DNA of 64,000 bases from positions 14,000 to 77,999 of the IMG/VR virus record IMGVR_UViG_3300042465_004012. One strand, given 5' to 3'. The notes beneath the pieces are model-generated. The model was given only the letters and a program-made list of their open reading frames with translations, had not been told where the DNA came from and did not search any database. Below, in pieces: positions 19,470 through 29,915 of the stretch. The first letter of the stretch is position 1, and each line of letters opens with the position of its first letter. This stretch comes from a virus. A program made the position numbers and the translations under genes.

Positions 19470-19784
19470 ATGACTAGAGATGAACTATTTCAATTACACG
19501 AAGACATTTGTCGCCGAGCATTAGTAATAATGCGCCACAAGTCCGCAGATTATGCATCCGGAACAGATCCGTTTGCTAATTTTAAGAGAGGAGAGATTCT
19601 TGGCTTTGCAAGTGCCGAAGAGGGGTTAATGTTACGTGTAATCGATAAAATCTCACGTATTTCCACCTTTCTCAAGAAAGGTGAACTAAAAGTGGGAAAT
19701 GAGACTGTTCAAGACAGTATTCTTGACGTAATTAACTATATGATTCTCCTACAGGGTTTGCTGGAAGACAAAGAAACCAAATAA
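19470..19784 (+). CDS. DUF1599-like nucleotide-modification-associated protein
   Basis: K.ADY...DPFANF, R..DK..R, ETVQDSILD..NY; ATG 7 nt after the -10. Confidence 0.7.
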   Translation: MTRDELFQLHEDICRRALVIMRHKSADYASGTDPFANFKRGEILGFASAEEGLMLRVIDKISRISTFLKKGELKVGNETVQDSILDVINYMILLQGLLEDKETK

Positions 19785-19786
19785 TT

Positions 19787-22294
19787 ATGAAATTTTATAC
19801 AGCGTGTGCACTTAAAGGGAACAAAGTTCTTGTTCGTGGCTATCGTAATGGTACCCGTTTTACGGATACTGTGGCATTTAAACCATCGCTGTACGTTCGT
19901 ACCGACAAACCAACCAAGTATACCACTTTGACAGGTGTCAAGGTTGGTCGTATTGAGTTTGAGACATTATATGAATGTCGTAAATTTCTTGATCAATACC
20001 GAGAACTAGATGATTGCCCAATTTATGGAAACACTGATTTCATTACTCAATATATCATGGAGACTTATGCGTCTGAGGTGGAATACGATCTTTCCAAGAT
20101 CAAAGTAGCCTACCTTGACCTTGAATGTGAGACAGAAGGTGGATTCCCTAACCTTGATGCCCCCAATGAGCGAATCAATTTGGTTACGATTCGTATTTCT
20201 GGCGTCAACTATGTTATCACCATGAAACCGGTTAAACTTCCGGATTGCAAAGTTATTTTGGTTGCATCTGAAAAAGAATTGATTAAAAAGATTTTTGACA
20301 TTCTTAAACACTGCGACCCAGACATTTTGACTGGGTGGAATATCAAACTCTTTGATATGCCATATATTATTGGTCGTGCAAAACTATTCTTTGATGAAAA
20401 AGAAATTCAAGGGTGGATGCCATTTGGTCTGATGAAAATGCGTATCACCAATATTGGTGGTAAAGACTATACATTATATGAATTTCCCGGATATACCATT
20501 CTGGATTACATGGATTTATATAAGAAGTTTTCTGGGACCAACCAGGAGAGTTACGCCCTAAATAATATAGCAAAGGTAGAACTAGATGAACAAAAACTGG
20601 ACTATACCGAGTATGGGTCTTTGCGTGAGTTTTATACGCAAAACTTTCAAAAGTTTGCTGAATACAATATCCAAGACGTGGTCTTGGTTGAGCGACTTGA
20701 GGATAAACTAAAGTTAATTGATCTCGCAGTTTCGATTGCCTATGAAGCCAAGATCACCTTTGATACAGTCTTCTTTGCTACGCGTATTTGGGAAACTATT
20801 TGTTGTGACTATCTTGCTAAACAAAACATTGTTCCACCATTAAAGACAAAGTACGCCAAGGACGAGCAGTTCATTGGTGCATATGTCAAGGATGTTATTC
20901 CCGGTCTGTATAAAAATGTTGTGAGTTTCGACGCAACATCTCTGTATCCATCTATTATCATTGGTTGGAACATTTCACCCGAGACATGTATTGTCAAGAA
21001 TTCATCATTGAATGCAGATGACTTTTTGCGTAGTAAGCGCAAAGAGATTCCTGGCATGATTCAAGATGCTATTGATCAGAATGCATGTTTGGCATGTAAT
21101 GGTTCAGTTTTTTCAAATGGTGTCAAGGGATTCATTCCTACTTTGATTGAGATTACTTTCAATCAGCGACAGGAAGCCAAGAAGAAGATGATCAAGTTGG
21201 AAAAGGAATACGAAATCTCCAAAGATAAAAATCTTATTCCTCTGATTGCTGCTCTCAAGATTCGTCAGTCAGTGAAGAAGATTCTAGCAAACAGTTTGTA
21301 TGGCTGTCTTGGTAACCCTGCATTCACATACTCTTCTCCTGAACTTGCAACTGCAGTTACCGTTACCGGTCAGGTTATCATTCGATCTGCCGAAGAGCAG
21401 ATGAATGCTTATATCAACAAGGTTATGAAGAACAAGACCACAAAGGATTATGTAATTGCAGTTGATACTGATTCAGTGTACTTGAATCTCGAAGATATTA
21501 TTTCTAGAGTTTCTGAAGATAGTCCCATTAAGGATGTTACTTCCTTTATCGATAATATTTGTGAAAATAATATTCAAAAAGAATTGACTGGAAGTATGAG
21601 CATACTTACAACCAAATTAAATTGCCTCGCTAATAAAATTGTGTTTAAACGAGAAGCAATCGCATCAGTTGGATTGTTTGTTGCCAAAAAGAAATATGCA
21701 TTGTTGTTGAATGACCTTGAGGGTGTTAGATTCAGTGAACCTAAGTTGAAGATCATGGGTCTAGAATCTGTTCGTAGTAGCACTCCTGGTATCGTTCGAG
21801 CCAAACTCAAAGAATGTATCATGATTATCATGACACAGAATGAAGAGAAGTTACGTAAGTATGTCAATACATTTTACGATGAATTTATCAAGTTACCTAT
21901 TGAAGATATTGCTTCACCAAGAGGTGTTAAAGGTATTTCGAAGTACAGCAGTAATGATGATATATATAAGGGTGGTACACCAATAGCAACCAAAGCAGCA
22001 TTATTACACAATGCATATCTTAAAAAGTTGCATATCGACAAAACAATTCCTTCTATCAAAGAAAATGATAAGATCAAATTTGTTTTTGTTAAAGTTCCAA
22101 ACCCATATGGAAAAAATGGTAAAGATGGTGTGATGGGCTTTATCAATAAATGTCCTCCTGAATTTGAATTGAAAAAATATATTGATTTAGAGAAACAGTT
22201 TGAAAAAACATTTTATGAACCTCTCGACAATATTTTACAAGTTATTAAATGGTCGATCAGTAACAAAATTACACTTGAATCTTTTTTTGGATAA
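19787..22294 (+). CDS. gp43: Family B DNA polymerase (T4 gp43-like)
   Basis: Exo DLECE, GWN..FD; pol SFDATSLYPS, K..ANSLYG, DTDS, KKKYA, GLE..RSSTP. Confidence 0.97.
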   Translation: MKFYTACALKGNKVLVRGYRNGTRFTDTVAFKPSLYVRTDKPTKYTTLTGVKVGRIEFETLYECRKFLDQYRELDDCPIYGNTDFITQYIMETYASEVEYDLSKIKVAYLDLECETEGGFPNLDAPNERINLVTIRISGVNYVITMKPVKLPDCKVILVASEKELIKKIFDILKHCDPDILTGWNIKLFDMPYIIGRAKLFFDEKEIQGWMPFGLMKMRITNIGGKDYTLYEFPGYTILDYMDLYKKFSGTNQESYALNNIAKVELDEQKLDYTEYGSLREFYTQNFQKFAEYNIQDVVLVERLEDKLKLIDLAVSIAYEAKITFDTVFFATRIWETICCDYLAKQNIVPPLKTKYAKDEQFIGAYVKDVIPGLYKNVVSFDATSLYPSIIIGWNISPETCIVKNSSLNADDFLRSKRKEIPGMIQDAIDQNACLACNGSVFSNGVKGFIPTLIEITFNQRQEAKKKMIKLEKEYEISKDKNLIPLIAALKIRQSVKKILANSLYGCLGNPAFTYSSPELATAVTVTGQVIIRSAEEQMNAYINKVMKNKTTKDYVIAVDTDSVYLNLEDIISRVSEDSPIKDVTSFIDNICENNIQKELTGSMSILTTKLNCLANKIVFKREAIASVGLFVAKKKYALLLNDLEGVRFSEPKLKIMGLESVRSSTPGIVRAKLKECIMIIMTQNEEKLRKYVNTFYDEFIKLPIEDIASPRGVKGISKYSSNDDIYKGGTPIATKAALLHNAYLKKLHIDKTIPSIKENDKIKFVFVKVPNPYGKNGKDGVMGFINKCPPEFELKKYIDLEKQFEKTFYEPLDNILQVIKWSISNKITLESFFG

Positions 22295-22318
22295 TACATC
22301 AGAACGGAATGTTAAGAA

Positions 22319-22621
22319 ATGGTAAAGACCTTTAAATCTAGATATGGGGATGAACGAATCCTTAGAAAACGTAAAGACGGAAACTATACTCTCGAAGGTC
22401 GCACCTTATTTTCTAGGAGTGGCAATGGTTTATTTGACTTTGAAGGTGGTCCATGCATTATGGTTGGTGATAGACTACTTGACATTGTCAATGACGTAGA
22501 TGACGTAATTATAGAATCAGTTACTATTGATGGCACTATAGTTGAAGAAAACTATATGCGTGTTATCATTACAACAAAACCTATTAAAAAAGGTAAGAAT
22601 AAAAGTGACAAAAAAACCTAA
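22319..22621 (+). CDS. Hypothetical protein (DFEGGP family), paralog of 43523..43855
   Basis: YTLEG.TLF.R...DFEGGP. Confidence 0.65.
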   Translation: MVKTFKSRYGDERILRKRKDGNYTLEGRTLFSRSGNGLFDFEGGPCIMVGDRLLDIVNDVDDVIIESVTIDGTIVEENYMRVIITTKPIKKGKNKSDKKT

Positions 22622-22988
22622 AGTTACTATTACTAAAACTATTCCATGGCAATATGAATACAATATTTTAAAAGTGCCATATCAGGAATTTTTAGAATCT
22701 ATTGAAGAGATGCCATTTGCAATGTTATTATATGAACATAGGTCTCATTGTGAATACAGAGGTCACAAATTAAAAAATCATCCAAACTTTGGTGATGAAA
22801 ACAATAGGGATCTTTATAATAGAATTCATGCTATTGAAAATGCACTCAAAGCACATTATTACAGACTTGGTGATGCTATAGAGGCATCACAGTATTGGGA
22901 AAACGAAAACTACAAACACACAAACAAGAAGAAAGAAGAGAATGTCAAAGTATCTAACAAATCTACTAAGCAAACTAAACAATCCTGA
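22605..22988 (+). CDS. Hypothetical protein
   Basis: Fills the gap in the replication operon; GTG start inferred. Confidence 0.55.
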   Translation: MTKKPKVTITKTIPWQYEYNILKVPYQEFLESIEEMPFAMLLYEHRSHCEYRGHKLKNHPNFGDENNRDLYNRIHAIENALKAHYYRLGDAIEASQYWENENYKHTNKKKEENVKVSNKSTKQTKQS

Positions 22989-23964
22989 TGCAGCCATCGT
23001 AGCCGATGGTATTGATGGTGCAGATGTTACAGGCTTCATTGATACAGGTTCTTATGTTCTGAATGCTTTGCTTTCAGGATCTATATATGGTGGACTACCC
23101 GCGAACAAGATATCTTGTCTTGCAGGAGATCCGGCTACTGGAAAGACTTTCTATGCAATTGGAATCGCTACGCAATTTCTCAAAGACCACAAAGATGGTG
23201 TGGTCATCTACTTTGACACGGAGCAAGCAATCACTTCAGACATGTTTGCACAACGGGGAATCGATTCCAAAAGAATTGCAGTTGTTCCTGTTGCAACAAT
23301 CGAAGAGTTCAAGAACCAGGCTCTCAAGATCGTTAATGACGTACTTGAAACACCTGAAGAAGACCGCAAGCCAATCTTTATGGTTCTTGATTCTTTGGGA
23401 ATGTTATCGACAAACAAAGAAATGAATGATTCGGCTGAAGGTAAGGATGTGCGTGATATGACCAAGGCACAACTTACTAAGGCTACATTCCGTGTTCTTA
23501 CACTGAAACTTGGTAAGGCAAAGATACCACTTCTTCTTACAAACCATACCTATCAAGTTATTGGTTCGTATGTTCCTACCAAGGATCTTGGTGGTGGTGT
23601 AGGTATTAAGTATGCTGCTAGTAACATTATAATGTTATCGAAGAGCAAGGACAAGACTGATGATGGTATCGTTGGTAACTTTATTAAGTGCACCAATTAC
23701 AAGAATCGTTTTGTCAAAGAAAACATGCACGTTCAGACACGGCTTAACTATACTTCCGGGTTAAGTAGATACTATGGTTTGACAGACCTTGCCATCGAGT
23801 ATAATGTATTCAAGAAGGTATCTACAAGAGTAGAACTTCCAGATGGCACAAAAGCATTTGAGAAAAATATTGACGAAGATCCTGAAAAGTATTTTACAAA
23901 AGAAATTTTAGATAAACTAGACATTGAAATTCAAAAAGGGTTTAAGTATGGACAAGGCACTTAA
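22942..23964 (+). CDS. uvsX: UvsX/RecA-like recombinase
   Basis: IDTGS..LN, GDPATGKT Walker A, YFDTE, LDSLG, TNHTY, GGG. Confidence 0.95.
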   Translation: MSKYLTNLLSKLNNPDAAIVADGIDGADVTGFIDTGSYVLNALLSGSIYGGLPANKISCLAGDPATGKTFYAIGIATQFLKDHKDGVVIYFDTEQAITSDMFAQRGIDSKRIAVVPVATIEEFKNQALKIVNDVLETPEEDRKPIFMVLDSLGMLSTNKEMNDSAEGKDVRDMTKAQLTKATFRVLTLKLGKAKIPLLLTNHTYQVIGSYVPTKDLGGGVGIKYAASNIIMLSKSKDKTDDGIVGNFIKCTNYKNRFVKENMHVQTRLNYTSGLSRYYGLTDLAIEYNVFKKVSTRVELPDGTKAFEKNIDEDPEKYFTKEILDKLDIEIQKGFKYGQGT

Positions 23965-24313
23965 AGACACTTATATTATATTAGATGATGCATCTGAATA
24001 TATGACATTAGATACTGTACCAATTAAAATTATAGTTGATCCGTATCTTGGTGTAGAATTTAGATTTCAAAAAATCAATATGAAAATGGAAGAAGAAAAC
24101 TTAAATATTAATTTTAATGTTGAAATCTTAAAAAACCCAAATAATGTTGATGTTGAATTAAATAACCAAGAGTTCATTGACTTCTTGGGTAAAATCCTGT
24201 ATGATATGCTTGTATACCGAGACGATATTATAACGAAGACTCAGGCGGAACCTGAGCAAATTGATCTCGAAGATGATGTGCACAGTGACTCCTATGGAAA
24301 AAATTATTCTTAA
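23948..24313 (+). CDS. Hypothetical protein (T4 gp40 position)
   Basis: Between uvsX and helicase, as in T4-like gene order. Confidence 0.6.
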   Translation: MDKALKDTYIILDDASEYMTLDTVPIKIIVDPYLGVEFRFQKINMKMEEENLNINFNVEILKNPNNVDVELNNQEFIDFLGKILYDMLVYRDDIITKTQAEPEQIDLEDDVHSDSYGKNYS

Positions 24314-25697
24314 GAATCTTGCCAAGAACGAAGAATTTGCACGTAAAGTACTCCCCTTTATCAAGGAGGAGTATTTTGCTTCTAGAGCAGAAAGAGTCTT
24401 ATATGTAAACTTAGAAAGCTTTGTCACTAAGTACACTTCCCTTCCAACTAAAGATGCTTTGATTCTTATGATCGAAAAGCATAAAGGAATCAGTGAAGAA
24501 GAATACAAAGGTTCACTGCGTTTAATCACAGAAATTTTTGATAGCAATGATCGTGAAGACCAAGAGTGGTTACTTGACCATACAGAGAAATTCTGTAAGG
24601 AAAAGGCTATTCATCTTGCAATCATGAACTCTATCAATATTCTTGATGGCAAAGATAAAGAGTACACAGAATCTGCTATTCCAGAAATTCTTAGTAATGC
24701 CTTGGCTATTAGTTTTGACACACGAGTGGGTCACGATTTCATCGAAGATTCTGATATTCGTTATCAATTTTATAACAAGACTGAGAAGCGTATTCCGTTT
24801 GACCTTGAGTATTTCAATACAATCACGGGTGGTGGTACTCCAACCAAAACTCTGAACATTGTGATGGCGGGTACAGGCTGTGGTAAGAGTCTTTTTCTAT
24901 GTCATCATGCTGCATCCTGTTTGATGCAAAACTTGAATGTTCTGTATATTACACTTGAGATGGCGGAAGAACGTATTGCTGAACGTATTGATGCAAATCT
25001 TCTTGATACTCCCGTACAAGATCTTGCAACTATGCCAATCGCATCTTACAAGAAGAAGATGGAACAACTCAAGAAGCAATCAACAGGTAGACTTATTATT
25101 AAAGAATATCCTACCGGTGGAGCAAACTCAAATCACTTTAGAATTCTACTGCAGGAACTACGTACAAAGAAGAAGTTTAAGCCAGATATCATTTTTATTG
25201 ATTATTTGAATATCTGCTCTTCGTCTCGCATGAAGCAGGGTGGTAACACGAACAGTTACCATTACATCAAGGCTATCGCTGAAGAACTTCGTGGACTTGC
25301 GGTTGAGTTTGATCTTCCGATCTTTAGTGCTACTCAAGTAAATCGATCAGGGTTTTCTAGTACGGATGTTGGTCTCGAAGATACATCCGAATCGTTTGGA
25401 CTTCCTGCTACCGCAGATTTCTTTGTTGCGTTGATTCGTACCGATGAATTGGATGACTCAAAGCAACTAATGGTAAAGCAACTCAAGAATCGTTACAACA
25501 CGACAGCGATTAACAGAAAGTTTGTTATTGGTGTTGAGTTCAACAAGATGAAACTACATGACGTTGACGAAGGTACGCAGCCCGTAATGGTTAGTTCCAA
25601 TCAAAGCAGTAACAAGGATAAGCGTAACAACGAAGATTCTTATTACAAGAGTATCTCCGAGTCATCAAAGCAACTTAGTTCCGGATGGCAGATGTAA
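24294..25697 (+). CDS. gp41: Replicative DnaB-like helicase (gp41)
   Basis: AGTGCGKS, TLEMAEE, DYLNI, ATQVNR, SESFGLPATAD, KQLKNR. Confidence 0.96.
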   Translation: MEKIILKNLAKNEEFARKVLPFIKEEYFASRAERVLYVNLESFVTKYTSLPTKDALILMIEKHKGISEEEYKGSLRLITEIFDSNDREDQEWLLDHTEKFCKEKAIHLAIMNSINILDGKDKEYTESAIPEILSNALAISFDTRVGHDFIEDSDIRYQFYNKTEKRIPFDLEYFNTITGGGTPTKTLNIVMAGTGCGKSLFLCHHAASCLMQNLNVLYITLEMAEERIAERIDANLLDTPVQDLATMPIASYKKKMEQLKKQSTGRLIIKEYPTGGANSNHFRILLQELRTKKKFKPDIIFIDYLNICSSSRMKQGGNTNSYHYIKAIAEELRGLAVEFDLPIFSATQVNRSGFSSTDVGLEDTSESFGLPATADFFVALIRTDELDDSKQLMVKQLKNRYNTTAINRKFVIGVEFNKMKLHDVDEGTQPVMVSSNQSSNKDKRNNEDSYYKSISESSKQLSSGWQM

Positions 25698-26683
25698 TGC
25701 AGACTGTTGTTGATAAAAAATATATTAATATGGTTTCTCCTTCTCTTGAAAAATTCAAGTGGAAGAAAGATAACATGGCAGCGTGTCGGTGTTTTAAGTG
25801 TGGTGATTCACAGAAAAATAAAACAAAGACTCGTGGATATTTTTATGTCAACAAGGATCAGTATTATTATAAGTGTCATAACTGTGGATTCTGCTGTACT
25901 GTAAAGACAGTTCTAGAAAACTTGTCTCCACAGTTAGCAAAAGAATATTCATTAGAAACTTACAAAATGAATATTGGGCGTAATATGTTTATGGCAGCAG
26001 ATGTAGTCGTAAAAGAACGTATTGTTCCAGACTATATTGGAAAATGTATTACAGATCTTCCTAAAGATCATTACGCTAGAGAATACGTAATGAAGAGACA
26101 AATCCCAGAAGACAAATTACACCTCTTGTATTTTACTGAAGATTTTTCTAAGATTGCAGAGAAGTTCTTTAAAACTTCATTCAGAGAACCAAGACTTGTG
26201 ATTCCTTTTTTTGATGAGAAAGATAAAGTTGTTGGTGTTCAGGGTCGTTCATTTGAAGTTAATGCAAAAATCCGATACATCACATACAAGAGTCCACATA
26301 TTGAGCGTTTATGGTATGGGCTGAACAATATCAATGCTTTAAAACCAGTTTACGTGGTGGAAGGTCCGATTGATTCATTATTTGTACCGAATGCCATTGC
26401 CATGGTAGGATCTAGTTATCCAGACCCACTACCAACAAAAATTGAAAATAGTAAATTAATTTTTGTATTTGATAACGAGCCTAGAAATATTGTCTTACAC
26501 CACATGATGGAAAGGGCAATAAACGAGGGTCATAAAATTGTAATTTGGCCTTCTATACCTGAAAAAGATATTAATGAAATATGTCTTAAATATGGTGTAG
26601 AGAAGATGAAACAAATGCTAGATAGTAATACCTATTCGACAAATGCAGCCAGACTAAAATTTGGTGCATGGAAAAGATCTTAA
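25697..26683 (+). CDS. gp61: DNA primase (gp61)
   Basis: RCFKCGDS..KTRGY..CHNCG zinc finger; QGR; VEGPIDSLF and FDNE TOPRIM motifs. Confidence 0.95.
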   Translation: MQTVVDKKYINMVSPSLEKFKWKKDNMAACRCFKCGDSQKNKTKTRGYFYVNKDQYYYKCHNCGFCCTVKTVLENLSPQLAKEYSLETYKMNIGRNMFMAADVVVKERIVPDYIGKCITDLPKDHYAREYVMKRQIPEDKLHLLYFTEDFSKIAEKFFKTSFREPRLVIPFFDEKDKVVGVQGRSFEVNAKIRYITYKSPHIERLWYGLNNINALKPVYVVEGPIDSLFVPNAIAMVGSSYPDPLPTKIENSKLIFVFDNEPRNIVLHHMMERAINEGHKIVIWPSIPEKDINEICLKYGVEKMKQMLDSNTYSTNAARLKFGAWKRS

Positions 26684-26684
26684 T

Positions 26685-26888
26685 ATGATAAATGATAATT
26701 TAGACAATAATGATGGTATGGAAAAGAAAGTTTGCCAAGCTTTTTTACAATTTAATAATTATTTTAGTTTATATGTAAAAGAAGTAGACATAGATTTATG
26801 GAATAGAGCAGTAGAGTTTGCAAAGGACAGCGTTGATGTCCCCGGTGTATCTTTAAAATTTATTGATAACGATAATACAGACGAGTAA
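26685..26888 (+). CDS. Hypothetical protein
   Basis: Short ORF filling an operon gap. Confidence 0.55.
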   Translation: MINDNLDNNDGMEKKVCQAFLQFNNYFSLYVKEVDIDLWNRAVEFAKDSVDVPGVSLKFIDNDNTDE

Positions 26889-26896
26889 TAAAAATT

Positions 26897-27616
26897 ATGA
26901 AACAAAGAATAACTGTCCTCGATAAAGGACACGTAGATCTTATTGATGTGATGGGTTCCGATTTAACGGTTGCCAATGCAGCCCGAGTTTCTTTTAATAA
27001 AGAAAGTGAATGGGATACGGAACTTAATTGGCTTTCTAAAACAACAGATAATACCTTATCTGCAAAAGATAAAAAATTAATTTCTTATCTAGCCAAACAT
27101 AAACATTGGACACCCTTTGCACATCCACAGATCACAGTAAGAATTAAGGCTCCTATTTTTATTCGCACTCAACTTTTTAAACACAAAGTTGGATTTGTAG
27201 AAAATGAAGTAAGCCGTAGATATGTAACTGATACTCCGGAATTTTATATTCCAAGATGGAGATCAGCACCAACCACTGGTGCAAAACAAGGCAGTACAGA
27301 TTTTATTTTAGATTCTGTAGTTGAAGATAAACTGAATACAGAGTATAATATGGTTCTCGAAGGAGCTTTGAAAACATATGAAAATCTTTTGGAACAGGGT
27401 GTCGCCCCAGAACAGGCGCGATCCGTCTTACCACAAGGCGCGTATACGGAGTGGTGGTGGACTGGATCACTTGCGGGTTTTGCTCGGGTCTACACACAAC
27501 GAAGTGAGGCACACGCTCAATGGGAAGTACGTGAGTATGCCAATGCGATTGCCGCATCGATTTCTCCGTTCTTCCCTGTATCTTGGGAACATCTGACTAG
27601 TAAGGACAACACATGA
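26897..27616 (+). CDS. thyX: Flavin-dependent thymidylate synthase
   Basis: ANAARVS, HWTPF, KHK..NEVSRRY, EQARSVLP, HAQWE. Confidence 0.95.
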   Translation: MKQRITVLDKGHVDLIDVMGSDLTVANAARVSFNKESEWDTELNWLSKTTDNTLSAKDKKLISYLAKHKHWTPFAHPQITVRIKAPIFIRTQLFKHKVGFVENEVSRRYVTDTPEFYIPRWRSAPTTGAKQGSTDFILDSVVEDKLNTEYNMVLEGALKTYENLLEQGVAPEQARSVLPQGAYTEWWWTGSLAGFARVYTQRSEAHAQWEVREYANAIAASISPFFPVSWEHLTSKDNT

Positions 27617-29499
27617 CAAATTTATCACCATTTCAAGAATTTATTTTTATATCTCGTTATTCACGTTGGATCAACTCAGAAAATCGTAGAGAGACATGGA
27701 CAGAATGCGTAGACCGTTGGTGGGATTATTTTACCACTAGAGTTCCATCGTTACTCGAACGTCCTGATGTACGTGAAGCAATTCTATCACTCGAAGTACT
27801 ACCTTCTATGCGTAGTCTCATGACTGCAGGTAAAGCACTAGATCATGATAACACATGTCTCTATAATTGCTCATACCTTCCTATTGATTCTATTGATTCA
27901 TTTGCAGAACTATTTGTTATTCTCATGAATGGTACAGGTACCGGGTATTCTGTTGAAAGACAATACACAGACAAACTCCCAACTGTTGCCAACAAGATTG
28001 TAAAGAATTTTGATAAGGTAATCGTTGTAGAAGATTCAAAGGAAGGTTGGGGAGATGCAATTAAAACATTGTTCAGCGATCTCTATGCTGGTAAGCATCC
28101 TAAGTGGGACTTGTCAAAAATTAGAGCATCTGGTGCACGACTTAAAACTTTTGGTGGTCGTGCTTCTGGTCCTGCTCCGTTAGACCATTTATTCAAATTT
28201 ATAGTAAAGGTCTTCTACAACGCACAGGGACGTAAACTTTCGGCTCTTGAGTGCCATGACACATGCTGTGCCATCGCTAATGCCGTAATCGTGGGTGGAG
28301 TCCGCAGATCCGCTATGATCTCTCTCAGTGACCTGGGAGACCGTGAAATTGCCATGTGCAAGAGTGGCGCATGGTGGGAGCAAGCCGGGTTTCGGTCTTA
28401 CGCCAATAACTCAGCCGTGTATCGCGGAAGACCCCCCATGGGACAGTTTCTTGAGGAGTGGACCTCTCTGTACAACTCCCACAGCGGAGAACGCGGTATG
28501 ATCAATCGTAGGGCACTTCAAGAGCAAGCAGCGAAGTCTGGGCGAGACCCGGATTGTGAATATGGTACCAATCCATGTGCAGAAATTATTTTGAAACCTT
28601 TTGAATTTTGCAATCTTTCAACGGTCGTAGTTCGTATCGATGATACTGCTGCAAGCCTAAAGAAGAAGATTGAAATTGCCACTATTATTGGAACTGTTCA
28701 GTCTACTTTTGTGAAATTTCCTTATCTTCGTCCTGATTGGAAGAAGAACTGCGAAGAGGAAAGATTGCTTGGTGTCTCCATGACAGGAATTTTTGATAAT
28801 AAACTTACCAGCGGTCTTGACGGTAAGCCAAAATTAGTTCGACTTCTTGAGAATCTTCGTGACCATGCAACGGCTACAAATCTCAAATGGGCAGAGAAGT
28901 TGGGTATTAATCCTAGCAAGTCAATTACTTGCGTCAAGCCAGAAGGCACTACTTCTTGCTTGGTGGATTCAGCTTCGGGTTTACATCCACGCTATGCGGA
29001 TTATTATTTCCGCAGAATCCGATTGGACAAGAAAGATCCTTTGTATAACTTGATGAAGGATCAAGGAGTCCCGTGCGAGGATGATGTGATAAACCCAACT
29101 TCTACTGCCGTATTTACTTTTGCAATGAAGGCTCCTCGTGGTACTGTTACTACAGAAGATCTTCGTGCACTTGACCATCTTGATCTGTGGAAAACATATC
29201 AAGAACATTACTGTCATCACAAGCCTTCTGTTACCGTCAACTACAAGGACAGTGAATTCCTTGAAGTAGGCAATTGGTTGTGGGAGAACTTTGATATGGC
29301 AACAGGTATTGCATTCTTACCGGGTGGTGACAATCATACATACGCTCAGGCACCGTTTGAGCAAATTGATTCTGCTACTTATGCAGCCCACCCAAAGGTC
29401 AAGGTTAACTTTAATGATCTCATGAAATATGAGATGGAAGACAACACAGAATCTGCTAAAGAATTTGCTTGCAGTGCAGGTGGCTGTCAGGTAGTATAA
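27613..29499 (+). CDS. nrdJ: Class II (B12-dependent) ribonucleotide reductase, monomeric RTPR type
   Basis: YNCSY, GGVRRSA, GTNPCAEI, CNL, TCVKPEGT, C-terminal CSAGGC. Confidence 0.93.
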   Translation: MTNLSPFQEFIFISRYSRWINSENRRETWTECVDRWWDYFTTRVPSLLERPDVREAILSLEVLPSMRSLMTAGKALDHDNTCLYNCSYLPIDSIDSFAELFVILMNGTGTGYSVERQYTDKLPTVANKIVKNFDKVIVVEDSKEGWGDAIKTLFSDLYAGKHPKWDLSKIRASGARLKTFGGRASGPAPLDHLFKFIVKVFYNAQGRKLSALECHDTCCAIANAVIVGGVRRSAMISLSDLGDREIAMCKSGAWWEQAGFRSYANNSAVYRGRPPMGQFLEEWTSLYNSHSGERGMINRRALQEQAAKSGRDPDCEYGTNPCAEIILKPFEFCNLSTVVVRIDDTAASLKKKIEIATIIGTVQSTFVKFPYLRPDWKKNCEEERLLGVSMTGIFDNKLTSGLDGKPKLVRLLENLRDHATATNLKWAEKLGINPSKSITCVKPEGTTSCLVDSASGLHPRYADYYFRRIRLDKKDPLYNLMKDQGVPCEDDVINPTSTAVFTFAMKAPRGTVTTEDLRALDHLDLWKTYQEHYCHHKPSVTVNYKDSEFLEVGNWLWENFDMATGIAFLPGGDNHTYAQAPFEQIDSATYAAHPKVKVNFNDLMKYEMEDNTESAKEFACSAGGCQVV

Positions 29500-29504
29500 A
29501 TTGA

Positions 29505-29577
29505 TCTCCGATAGCTCAGTTGGTAGAGCGGCGAGCTGTTAACTCGCATGTCACTGGTTCAAATCCAGTTCGGAGAG
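29505..29577 (+). tRNA. tRNA-Asn(GTT)
   Basis: Cloverleaf TCTCCGA/TCGGAGA, anticodon arm GCGAG-CTGTTAA-CTCGC, GGTTCAAATCC; no encoded CCA. Confidence 0.95.
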
Positions 29578-29579
29578 TT

Positions 29580-29912
29580 ATGTTTGGATTAATTTTCTTA
29601 TCATTCCTTGGTATAAGTATAGCAAATTGGATCTATGCTGATATATGTTATTCTAAAACATATAATGATAAGCCTTGGACAGTTTATGGCTTATGTATGT
29701 TGGCTGCATTCATTAGTACTAATGGTTGGTATTTTTTAATAAGAAATATTAAAACTCCCAAAGAACTTTTAATTACAAATATTATATGGGATGTTGGGGC
29801 TACAATATTATGTGTTGTATTCCCCATTATGTTATATAATGTCAAATTTGATATGAAAACAATAATAGGATGTATGATTGCAATCCTTGGATTACTTATT
29901 GCAAAAATATAA
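29580..29912 (+). CDS. Four-TM small membrane protein (SMR/DMT-like)
   Basis: Four hydrophobic helices; ORF-track start at 29520 lies inside the tRNA. Confidence 0.6.
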   Translation: MFGLIFLSFLGISIANWIYADICYSKTYNDKPWTVYGLCMLAAFISTNGWYFLIRNIKTPKELLITNIIWDVGATILCVVFPIMLYNVKFDMKTIIGCMIAILGLLIAKI

Positions 29913-29915
29913 ATC

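Noticed and set aside
19787-29499. Introns or inteins in gp43, gp41, thyX or nrdJ
   Set aside because: Lengths and motif spacing are normal and frames are uninterrupted
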